A stretch of 64,000 nt of DNA, taken from positions 3,296,001 through 3,360,000 of the forward strand of contig JBKAGP010000001.1 in NCBI GenBank assembly GCA_046290465.1, given 5' to 3'. Source of the stretch: Planctomycetota bacterium. GTDB taxonomy: Bacteria; Planctomycetota; UBA1135; UBA2386. Below the pieces are notes generated by a model. That model was not told the origin of the DNA. It saw nothing but the letters and a program-made list of their open reading frames with translations, and did not search any database. A program made the position numbers and the translations under genes. Of the stretch, positions 14,030 to 22,834 are shown one piece after another. How positions within the stretch are numbered: position 1 is the first letter of the stretch; each line of letters begins with the position of its first letter.

Positions 14030-16128
14030 CACTGCACCTCCACGCGCATGCGGCCGTCGACCGCGACGCTGTCGCTTCCCGCCTTCGCGAGGATGAACGG
14101 ATTGACCTCGACCTCGGCGATCTGCGGGAAGTCGTCGACCAGCTTCTGCATGCGCAGCAGCGCCTCGTAGGCGGCGGCGACGTCGGCGGCCGGCGCACCC
14201 CGGAACGAGCCCAGCAGCGCCGCCCCCTTCAGGCCCTGGAACATCTCCGCCGGATCCTGGCCGTCGATCGGCCCGACCCGCACGGCGACGTCGCGCATCA
14301 GTTCGACCTGGACGCCGCCGAGCCCGGCCGCGAACAGCGGCCCGTAGCGCGGATCGCGCGTCATCCCGAGCAGCACCTCACGGTGGCCCTTGGCGTGCCC
14401 CTGCACCTGCAGCGTCAACGGCCCGAAGCGACGGCCGAGCCGCTTCTGCAGGTCGCTGGCCGCGGCGAACACCTCGTCGCCGTTGCGCAGCCCGGTCCGC
14501 ACCGCGCGGTGTTCGCTCTTGTGCACCAGCCCTTCGCCCTCGGCCTTCAACACGACGGGATACCCCAGCGCGTGCGCGGCGGCGACGGCGTCACCGGGGT
14601 TGTCGACGCGTCGACTAGGAGCGAACGGGATGCCATAGGCCTGCAGAATCGCCTCGGTGGTCGCGCCGGGCAACCATCCGTCGGCCACTCCGGCCAGCAT
14701 CCTGCCGACCTTGGCCTTGCCGACGCGCAGGCTCGGAACCTTGACCGGCGCGCGCTGCAGCCAGCGCGAGCGCCGACACATCAGGTGCAGCGTGGTCGCG
14801 GCGTCCTCCGGATAGCGGAACACCGGGATGCCCGCGTCGCGCAGGATCTGGTGCGCCTCGTCGCTGCGCTGCCGCCCCATCACGCACGCCAGCACCGGCT
14901 TCTTCAGGCCGCGGGTCTCGTCGACGATCGCCTGCGCGACCGCCGCGGCGTCGATCATGATCGGCGACACGAACAGGACCACCAGCCCGTCGACGTCCCT
15001 GTCGCGTGCGACCACCCGCAACGCGTCGCGGTAGCGGCCGGCATCGGCCGAGGCGATCAGGTCGATCGGGTTGTGCACGCTCGCCTCGACCGGCAGCACC
15101 TTGCGCAGCTTCTTCTGGGTCGCGGACGACATCGGCGCCATCTCCATGCCGAGGCCGTCGATCGCGTCGGTGGCCAGGATGCCCGGCCCACCCGCGTTGG
15201 TGACCACGGCCATCCGACGCCCGGGCGGTGGCGGCTGCTCGAGCAGCGCCTGCGCCAGCGAGAACATGTCGCGGAAGTTGTCGACGCGCAACACGCCGCA
15301 CTGCTGCAGCAGCGTGTCGGCGGCGATGTCGGCGCCGGCGATCGAACCGGTGTGCGAACTGGCCGCCATCGCACCGGCGTCGCTGCGCCCGGACTTGACC
15401 GCGATGATCGGCTTCTTGCGAGCGACCGCGCGCGCCACCCGCAGGAACTCCTGCGGCTCACCGACGGTCTCGAGGTAGAGCAGCACGACCCGCACCTGGT
15501 CGTCGTCCCCCCAGTACTGCACCAGGTCCGCAGCGGTGACGTCGGCGCGGTTGCCGACCGACGCGAACATCGACACGCCGAGGCCGGCCTGGGCGGCGTC
15601 GGCGAGGATCGCCTCGCCGAGCGCACCGGACTGCGACACCATCGCGACGCTGCCGGCCGGCGGCGGCGTCGCCGAGAAGCTGGCGTTGCAGGAGTAGGTC
15701 GCCTCCGTGTTGATGATCCCCATGCAGTTGGGGCCGACGACGCGCATCCGGTACTTGCGGGCGATCGCCTGCAGCTTGTCCTCGCGTTCGGCGCCGATGC
15801 CGCCGATCTCGCGGAAGCCCGCGGTGATCACGACCAGCCCCTTGACGCCCTTCTTGCCGCATTCCTCGGCGGCCTTCAGCGCGACGTCCGGCGGCACCAC
15901 CAGGACCGCCAGGTCGACCGGCCCGCGGATGGCGCGAACCGACCGATAGGCCGGAATCGACAGCACCACCTCCGCCTTGGGGTTGACCGGATAGACGGGT
16001 CCCTGGAACCCACCTCCGATCAAGTTCGCCACTACCTGCCGGCCGATGGATCCCTCCCTTCGGCTGGCACCGATCACCGCCACCGAGCGCGGGCGGAAGA
16101 TGCCGTCGAGACCTCGCGTGTTCGCCAT
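14029..16128 (-). CDS. ADP-forming acyl-CoA synthetase (acetate-CoA ligase family, alpha-beta fusion)
   Basis: PRSVAVIGAS, GPNCMG, SQSGA, SHTGSIAG (phospho-His), NAGGPG, NPIDL, C-terminal ATP-grasp; no GNAT domain. Confidence 0.9.
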   Translation of the reverse strand: MANTRGLDGIFRPRSVAVIGASRREGSIGRQVVANLIGGGFQGPVYPVNPKAEVVLSIPAYRSVRAIRGPVDLAVLVVPPDVALKAAEECGKKGVKGLVVITAGFREIGGIGAEREDKLQAIARKYRMRVVGPNCMGIINTEATYSCNASFSATPPPAGSVAMVSQSGALGEAILADAAQAGLGVSMFASVGNRADVTAADLVQYWGDDDQVRVVLLYLETVGEPQEFLRVARAVARKKPIIAVKSGRSDAGAMAASSHTGSIAGADIAADTLLQQCGVLRVDNFRDMFSLAQALLEQPPPPGRRMAVVTNAGGPGILATDAIDGLGMEMAPMSSATQKKLRKVLPVEASVHNPIDLIASADAGRYRDALRVVARDRDVDGLVVLFVSPIMIDAAAVAQAIVDETRGLKKPVLACVMGRQRSDEAHQILRDAGIPVFRYPEDAATTLHLMCRRSRWLQRAPVKVPSLRVGKAKVGRMLAGVADGWLPGATTEAILQAYGIPFAPSRRVDNPGDAVAAAHALGYPVVLKAEGEGLVHKSEHRAVRTGLRNGDEVFAAASDLQKRLGRRFGPLTLQVQGHAKGHREVLLGMTRDPRYGPLFAAGLGGVQVELMRDVAVRVGPIDGQDPAEMFQGLKGAALLGSFRGAPAADVAAAYEALLRMQKLVDDFPQIAEVEVNPFILAKAGSDSVAVDGRMRVEVQ

Positions 16129-16240
16129 TTGCAATTCGGCAAGCAGGTTAGCGGCACGACAAGGCCGGCGAAACGTTGCCGCCGCGCTTGCGTGGAGAGA
16201 GTCGATTCCCATGATCCCTGCTGGTCCATCCCGCTCCGCC

Positions 16241-17131
16241 ATGCCGCCGTTCGTCGAAGCCCTGCGCCCGCACCAGTGGGTCAAGAATCTGCTGGTGCTG
16301 TTCCCCCTGTTCTTCACGAACCGGGCGTTCGAGCTGGCGGGCTGGATCGCGGCGCTGACGGCGTTCGGCTCGTTCTGCTTCGCGGCGAGCTCGATCTACC
16401 TGCTCAACGACATCCTCGACCGCCACGAGGACGCCAACCACCCCAAGAAGAAGCACCGCCCGATCGCGTCGGGCCGGCTGCCGGTCGGCGCCGCGTGGGC
16501 CGAACTGCTGATCACGCTGGTCATCTCGGGCACGCTCGCCTGGCTGGTGCCGGTCACCGAGCGCTCGTTCCTGATCTGGCCGGCGGCCTATCTGGTGCTC
16601 AACGTCGCCTACAGCTTCTACCTGAAGCGGCTGGTGATCGTCGACTGCATGTGCATCGCGCTCGGCTTCCAGCTGCGGGTGATGGCGGGGGCGGCCGCGA
16701 TCGACGTCGACGCGTCGAAGTGGATCCAGCTGTGCACGTTCTTCTTCGCGCTGTTCCTGGCGTTCTGCAAGCGCTACGAGGAGGTCGGCCGGCAGTCGGA
16801 GGCCTCCGGGCAGACGCGCCGGACGATGTCGGAGTACTCGACGCCGTTCCTCAACATGCTGATCGGGCCGCTGGCGGCGCTCAGCATCCTCAGCTACGCG
16901 CTCTACACCGTCAGCCCCGAGACGATCCAGCGGCACCACACCGACCAGCTGATGTTCACGGTGCCGTTCGTCTGCTACGGCGTGTTCCGCTACCTCTTCC
17001 TGGTCTACCGCAAGAGTGAGGGCGGCGACCCGGCCAAGCTGCTGTTCCGCGACGTGCCGCTGGTGCTGTCGGGAGTGCTCTACGTCGGCGTCGTGCTCTA
17101 CATCCTGGGCACCGCCCACCCGCCGGCCTGA
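16241..17131 (+). CDS. UbiA-family prenyltransferase, decaprenyl-phosphate phosphoribosyltransferase-like
   Basis: LRPHQWVKNLL, YLLNDILDRHEDANHPKKKHRPIASG, YS..LKR, KRYEE, GGDP; multi-TM. Confidence 0.85.
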   Translation: MPPFVEALRPHQWVKNLLVLFPLFFTNRAFELAGWIAALTAFGSFCFAASSIYLLNDILDRHEDANHPKKKHRPIASGRLPVGAAWAELLITLVISGTLAWLVPVTERSFLIWPAAYLVLNVAYSFYLKRLVIVDCMCIALGFQLRVMAGAAAIDVDASKWIQLCTFFFALFLAFCKRYEEVGRQSEASGQTRRTMSEYSTPFLNMLIGPLAALSILSYALYTVSPETIQRHHTDQLMFTVPFVCYGVFRYLFLVYRKSEGGDPAKLLFRDVPLVLSGVLYVGVVLYILGTAHPPA

Positions 17132-17246
17132 CGCGCCCCGCCCGGCGAGCGGGCGGCCGTCCGGCCAGTTCCGGAATCAGGAGACCACGCCGGTCGGGAC
17201 GATCCGGTACAAATCCGAGGTCCCATCCCCTCGGCCCGATCTCCCC

Positions 17247-20153
17247 ATGGCAACCGTGAAGACCCCGGCAGAGATCCGGGCACGTCTCAGCGAAGACCTC
17301 GCGAACGGCAAGACGATCGTCCTGTCGACCCGCGAACTCGACGATCCGTCCCTGCGCGAGCAGCTGCCGCAGCTGCTCGAGGACCTGTCCGCGACCCACG
17401 CCCCCAAGCCGGGCGTCGGGCCGCAGATCCCCGGCTACACGATGCTGGGCGAGATCGGCCAGGGCGGCATGAGCACCGTGTACCTGGCGCGGCAGGAGAA
17501 GCTCGGCCGCCACGTCGCGGTCAAGGTCGCGCCGGCCTGGCTCGGCGGCGGCGAACGCGCCCGCCGGATGCTGGTGCAGGAAGCGCAGGCGATGGCGCGG
17601 CTGCAGCACCCCAACATCGTCGTCATCCACGACATCATCGACGTCGACGACACGTTCGCGATCGCCATGGAGTGGGTCGACGGCCGCACGCTGGCGAGCC
17701 TGCTGCGGACCCTGCCGACCGAACCCGGTCGCGACGACATGGTGCTGCTGACGACTGCGCTCGGCACCTCGCAGGAGGCGCGCGAGACGTTCGAGCAGAG
17801 CTCGGTGCGCCACTTCGTGCGGCTGATCCGGGACGTCGCGCTGGCGGTGCAGGCCGTGCACGACGCCGAGCTGCTGCACCTCGACATCAAGCCGTCCAAC
17901 GTGCTGATCCGCCGCGACGGCACGCCGTTGCTGGCCGATTTCGGCGTCACCCGCGAGATCTCGCCGGAGCCGACGCAGACCCGCACGTTCGCGGGCACGC
18001 CGGTCTACGCCGCGCCCGAGCAGCTGCGCCGCGACGACGACCAGATCGGCCCGCGCACCGACGTCTACAGCCTCGGCGTGACGCTCTACGAGGCCCTGGC
18101 GCGCACCCAGCCGCTGCGCGGTCTCGACCTGCCCGGCATCGTGCAGTGCGTCGAGTCGGGCAGCATGCCGCCGCTGTCGTCGAAGGTCGCGGTGCCGCCC
18201 GACCTCGCCAACATCGTGCACCGCGCGATCGCGCCCGAGCCAGAACACCGCTACGCGACCGCGCAGGCGCTCGCCGACGACCTCGACGCGTTCCTCGAAC
18301 ACCGCCCGGTGCAGGCGCGGCCGCTGACCCGCACGCAGCGCCTGCGCCGCTGGATGCGCAACGAGCCGTGGAAGGCCGCGCTGGCCGCGACCCTGGCCGT
18401 GATGGTGCCGGCGCTGCTGGTGCTCGGCACCTACCTGGCGGTGCAGATGCCGACGATCTTCGCGGCCGAGGTACGCGACCGGCAGGAACAGGTCAACCAG
18501 CTGAAGCAGGACGCGTTCCAGCGGTTCCTGACCTCACACGGCACCCACGAATACGCGATCTTGCCGCTCGAGCGTGCGCTGGCGATCGACCCCGGCAAAA
18601 CCGCACTGGCGAGCCTGCTGGCGCTGACCAACGAACGTGGCTGGCCGCACCTGGACGAGCTGCTGGAGCGGGAACGGACCGTGATCGAAGCAGAAGCGAG
18701 CCTGCGCATGGTGCGCGACAAGGCGATGGCGCGGCGCTCGTTCTTCAGCGACGAAGAGCTCGACACCCTGCGCGAACAGGAGACCGCGCTCGCCCGCTAC
18801 GTGGTCGCGCTCGACCGGGTCTTCCACGCCAACGACGAACGCAGCCAGAGCAGCCGCCACGAGGCGCACGCAGCACTCGAGGCGGCCGCAATGCAGGACG
18901 CGCCGGACCCGCTGCTGCTCGGCCTGTTGCTGTGGAACTCGGCGCGCCTCGACGACACCGAGACGTTCGATTCGGTCGCCCGCCTGATGCGTCGGCGCTG
19001 GCCCAACGACGCCGTTGCGCTGACCTGGGCGTCGATCGCGATCGAGCCAAGCGATGCCGACCTCGCCCTCCAACGCGCGGAGCAGGTCATCGAACGCACG
19101 CCCGGCGACGTCTACGGTTACGAGGTCTGCGCCGCCAACCGGATGCGCGCAAAGGACGTCGACGGCGTGCAGAAGTTCATCGAACGCGCGCGCTCGGCGG
19201 GGCTCACATCACCGCTGCTCGACATCTACGCGCCGATGACCGCCGCCCGCAACGGCGACGTGCAGCAGGCCCAGGCGCTGCTCGCGCACCAACGGCAGGA
19301 CCTGCTGCCCGACGGAACCCGCCTGCTCGCGCTGCGCACGCTGTCCCACGAGCAGGCGGTGACGTTCGCCCGTTCCCTGGTAGCGCAGGCGGCGCCCAGT
19401 CCGGGCGCGCTCAAGCAGGCGGCGATGTTCGACTACAAGGAGCGTGAACTCAGCGAGAGCGCGATCGCCAGGTTCTTCGAGCTGTACCCGGACCGCCGCA
19501 GCCTGCATCCGCACGCGATCATGATGGCGTGGCCGCAGCGCGGGGACGACGCTCGCGAAGCGATGCGCAGGATCGCCGACCTCGGCCGCGAGGCGAGCCT
19601 CGAGGGGATGCATATCGAGAATGTCGTGCACATGGTGATGCGCGCGCACATCTTCCTGCGGGAGTGGGACGAACTGCGCCGGCACGCCATGGGGTGTCTC
19701 GAGGACGCCCCGGACAGCCAGCAAACCTACTACTACGCGGCGCTCGGCCTGTCGCGGCTCGGCGAGTACCTCGAGGCGGGACGCCTGCTGGCACGCGGCG
19801 TCGCCTCCGAGCCCGAAGCTCGCACGGGCCGGCCGCCGTCCTGGTACGTCGCCGCGCTGCTCGACGACGCCTGGCTGCGCGCGAGCCCCGAGTCGGCCCC
19901 CCAGCTGCACGACCCCGAACTGGCCAGGGTCCGGCTCCAAGCGTTCGATCGCCTCAATCCCGAGCTCCAGATCCCGCACCGCGGACCGTGGCTCTCGCTG
20001 ACCCGCGCCGAGGTGCTCTGGTCAAACGGTGAGCGCGACGCTGCGCGCGAGGCAATCCGTTCGGCTCAGCGGGCGAAACGACCCAACATGCCGGTCCGCC
20101 GCGACTACCAGGAGTTCATCCAGCGAGCGGCGGAGCGGATGAAGGCGAAGTGA
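17247..20153 (+). CDS. Hanks-type Ser/Thr protein kinase with TM segment and helical/TPR-like C-terminus
   Basis: IGQGGMSTVY, VAVK, HPNIV, HLDIKPSN, DFG, GTPVYAAPEQ, DVYSLG; TM near residue 380. Confidence 0.9.
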   Translation: MATVKTPAEIRARLSEDLANGKTIVLSTRELDDPSLREQLPQLLEDLSATHAPKPGVGPQIPGYTMLGEIGQGGMSTVYLARQEKLGRHVAVKVAPAWLGGGERARRMLVQEAQAMARLQHPNIVVIHDIIDVDDTFAIAMEWVDGRTLASLLRTLPTEPGRDDMVLLTTALGTSQEARETFEQSSVRHFVRLIRDVALAVQAVHDAELLHLDIKPSNVLIRRDGTPLLADFGVTREISPEPTQTRTFAGTPVYAAPEQLRRDDDQIGPRTDVYSLGVTLYEALARTQPLRGLDLPGIVQCVESGSMPPLSSKVAVPPDLANIVHRAIAPEPEHRYATAQALADDLDAFLEHRPVQARPLTRTQRLRRWMRNEPWKAALAATLAVMVPALLVLGTYLAVQMPTIFAAEVRDRQEQVNQLKQDAFQRFLTSHGTHEYAILPLERALAIDPGKTALASLLALTNERGWPHLDELLERERTVIEAEASLRMVRDKAMARRSFFSDEELDTLREQETALARYVVALDRVFHANDERSQSSRHEAHAALEAAAMQDAPDPLLLGLLLWNSARLDDTETFDSVARLMRRRWPNDAVALTWASIAIEPSDADLALQRAEQVIERTPGDVYGYEVCAANRMRAKDVDGVQKFIERARSAGLTSPLLDIYAPMTAARNGDVQQAQALLAHQRQDLLPDGTRLLALRTLSHEQAVTFARSLVAQAAPSPGALKQAAMFDYKERELSESAIARFFELYPDRRSLHPHAIMMAWPQRGDDAREAMRRIADLGREASLEGMHIENVVHMVMRAHIFLREWDELRRHAMGCLEDAPDSQQTYYYAALGLSRLGEYLEAGRLLARGVASEPEARTGRPPSWYVAALLDDAWLRASPESAPQLHDPELARVRLQAFDRLNPELQIPHRGPWLSLTRAEVLWSNGERDAAREAIRSAQRAKRPNMPVRRDYQEFIQRAAERMKAK

Positions 20154-21492
20154 TGCGCGACTGCTGCAGGCAGCGAACGGTCGCCAGCAGCAGCAGCAGC
20201 GTGCTGCCGGCGACGCTGCCGTAGGCGAGCACGACGTTGGCGCTGGCCTTGCCGAGCAGGCCCTTCGACGTCAGCCCGAGCGCCAGCGCCGCGACGAACA
20301 GCAGGATCGCCAACCAGTCGCGTCGGGTCCGGACCAGGTGGTTGACGACGAAAGCGACCGGCAGGATCCAGACGCAGAAGTGCGACTTGCTGCTCTGCGG
20401 CGACAGCAGCACCATGCCGCACGCGAACGCCGCGACCTCGCCGAGGCCGACCGTTCGCTGCACGCCGGCGAACGCATCGCCCGCGGCACGCACCGCGCCG
20501 CGCGCGAACCAGACGCCGAGCGAGATCACGCCGAGCACCAGCGCCGAGGCCAACAGGGTCACGGCGCGCACCATCGTCGTCGACAGTTCGGCCAGCAACA
20601 CGTCGCCCTTGTCGCCGACGACGAAGCTGCCGTCGGGCACCTCGACCGGCGTGAACAGGCGGCGCAGCGCGCCGCTGAGGCTCTGGTTGAGCACGCTGTG
20701 CGAGTTCCACGCGCCGCGCGCGTCGGCGGTCCCGCCGACCTCGAGGCCGGCCAGGTTGACGTCGTACCACGCCCGCCACCAGGTCCCCGCGCCGGCGCGT
20801 TCGGGGTCGAACACCTGGTCTGCGGCGGCGATCGTCTCCTGCGACCGCGGGAACACGTAGTCGGGCAACAGCGTCGCGCCGAGCGTCGTCGCGACGATCG
20901 CGAGCAGTCCGAGCCAGTGCAGCCGCAGGCCGAACAACCCGACGAAGATCAACGGCGTCGCCTTGGTGGCGGCGCCGAGCCCGGCCCAGAACCCGGCGAG
21001 CATGCCCGCAACCTGGCGCCGCCCGCACCAGGACACGGCGGTCAGCGTCACCAGGCCGAGGATCGTCAGGTCGTGGCTCTGGTTGGTGAACACCGAGACG
21101 ATGTGCCGGCCGCCGAACACCGCCGTCGGGATCCAGAACCACCACATGCGGGGCGGCGCCCGGCCGGTGTCGGCGCTGCGCGCCCAGCGGTGCAGCCACC
21201 AGACGATGCCGAGCAGGATCAGGAAGTTGACGCAGAACCATGCCTCGGCGTGCCATTCGTCCGGCAGCACCGAGAACCCGACGAACGGCACCGCCGCGAA
21301 CGGCGGGTAGGTGAACGGCTTGCCGTCGGTGCCGCGGCGGTAGATCTCCTCGCCCGCCGACATGCGCTGGCCGCCGGTGACGTAGACGCCCAGCTCCCGA
21401 TCTCCCTTGGCCGCCTGCCGGTCGAAGTAGAACGACCCGCCGACCATTGCGGCCAGCAGCAGAGGCACGAGCCAGAGCCAGGAACGCTTCAC
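20116..21492 (-). CDS. GT87/DUF2029 membrane glycosyltransferase
   Basis: VY..GG, FTYPPFAA, NQS, KATP, NQSL, LLSPQSSKSH; multi-TM; start uncertain. Confidence 0.75.
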   Translation of the reverse strand: MKRSWLWLVPLLLAAMVGGSFYFDRQAAKGDRELGVYVTGGQRMSAGEEIYRRGTDGKPFTYPPFAAVPFVGFSVLPDEWHAEAWFCVNFLILLGIVWWLHRWARSADTGRAPPRMWWFWIPTAVFGGRHIVSVFTNQSHDLTILGLVTLTAVSWCGRRQVAGMLAGFWAGLGAATKATPLIFVGLFGLRLHWLGLLAIVATTLGATLLPDYVFPRSQETIAAADQVFDPERAGAGTWWRAWYDVNLAGLEVGGTADARGAWNSHSVLNQSLSGALRRLFTPVEVPDGSFVVGDKGDVLLAELSTTMVRAVTLLASALVLGVISLGVWFARGAVRAAGDAFAGVQRTVGLGEVAAFACGMVLLSPQSSKSHFCVWILPVAFVVNHLVRTRRDWLAILLFVAALALGLTSKGLLGKASANVVLAYGSVAGSTLLLLLATVRCLQQSRITSPSSAPPLAG

Positions 21493-21598
21493 GGTCGCGT
21501 TATCGCGCGATCTCGGGCCGATGTCCAACGACGCCGTCCAGAAGATCGAGCGAACCGCTGCAAGCGGCGGCCGTTTCGGTAAGCTCTTTCGCCCTCCT

Positions 21599-22822
21599 TT
21601 GGCCAAGACACGCTCACAACAAGGAAGCCGACGCCTCGGCGTCTGGCTGTTCGGCGCCTACGGCGGCCTGGCGACGACCGTCGTGGTCGGCGCCCGCGCG
21701 ATCGCGAAGGGCCTCAGCGAACCGCAGGGTCTGACCACCGACACCGACATCGCCGCCGACATCCCGTGGCGGCCGATCGACCGCATGGTGTTCGGTGGTC
21801 ACGAGATCCGTCGTTCGGACTACGCCTCGGCGGCGGCCGAGATCCACAGCAAGACCGGCACGCTGCCGCCCGAGCTGATCCGCAAGCTGAAGCGCGACCT
21901 GACGACGCAGAGCAAGAACGTCGTCACCGGCGTGCTGCCCAACGCCGGCGCGACCATCGAGCAGCTCGCCGAGGGCAAGCAGAAGAAGGCGACGCTGCGC
22001 CAGCAGATCGCGCAGATCCAGCGCGACATCCGCGCCTTCCAGAAGCGTCACAAGCTCGACCGCGTGGTCTGCGTCAACCTGACCTCGACCGAACCGAACC
22101 TGCGCCTCGGCGCCGCGCACAAGACGCTCGCCGCGTTCGAACGTGCGCTCGACAAGGACAACCAGAAGGCGGTGCGTCCGTCGGCGCTCTACGCCTACGC
22201 CGCCGGCAGCCTCGGCCTGCCGTTCGTGCACTTCACGCCGAGCAACTCGGCGCTGACGCCGGCGATCGAGGAGCTGTTCGCGCAGCACGACACGCCGTTC
22301 ATGGGCTGCGACGGCAAGACCGGGGAGACGCTGGTCAAGTCGGCGCTGGCGCCGATGTTCAAGTACCGCAACCTGCGCGTGCTGACGTGGCAGGGCTACA
22401 ACATCCTCGGGGATCGCGACGGCCGGGTGCTGTCGGACAGCGAGAACAAGAAGAGCAAGGTCGACAGCAAGGACGCGCTGCTGCCGTCGATCCTCGGCTA
22501 CCCGCTGCACACCCACGTCGGCATCGACTACGTGCCGTCGCTGCACGACCTGAAGACCGCGTGGGACTTCGTGCACTTCGAGGGCTTCCTCGGCTTCAAG
22601 ATGGCCCTGCAGTTCATCTGGCAGGGCTGCGACGCGATCCTGGCGGCGCCGCTGGTGCTGGACCTGATCCGGTTCGCCGACCTCGCGGCCGCGCGCGGCG
22701 AAAGCGGCCCGATGCCACATCTGGCGTGCTTCTTCAAGCAGCCGTTCGGCGTCGCCGAGCACGACCTGCACCGGCAGTGGCACATGCTCGGTGAATACCT
22801 CGACCGCGTGCGCGCGGACTGA
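21599..22822 (+). CDS. ino1: myo-inositol-1-phosphate synthase
   Basis: GAYGGLATT, VNLTSTE, DGKTGETLVKS, NILGDRDG, KTAWD, WQGCDAILAAPLVLDL, FFKQP; start may be 21521 or 21599. Confidence 0.9.
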   Translation: MAKTRSQQGSRRLGVWLFGAYGGLATTVVVGARAIAKGLSEPQGLTTDTDIAADIPWRPIDRMVFGGHEIRRSDYASAAAEIHSKTGTLPPELIRKLKRDLTTQSKNVVTGVLPNAGATIEQLAEGKQKKATLRQQIAQIQRDIRAFQKRHKLDRVVCVNLTSTEPNLRLGAAHKTLAAFERALDKDNQKAVRPSALYAYAAGSLGLPFVHFTPSNSALTPAIEELFAQHDTPFMGCDGKTGETLVKSALAPMFKYRNLRVLTWQGYNILGDRDGRVLSDSENKKSKVDSKDALLPSILGYPLHTHVGIDYVPSLHDLKTAWDFVHFEGFLGFKMALQFIWQGCDAILAAPLVLDLIRFADLAAARGESGPMPHLACFFKQPFGVAEHDLHRQWHMLGEYLDRVRAD

Positions 22823-22834
22823 CCCGGAAGCGCC

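Noticed and set aside
16241..22822. ebo-type cluster (UbiA plus cyclitol synthase)
   Set aside because: No TatD, EboE or EboF-like genes, and the UbiA is of the DPPR-synthase type
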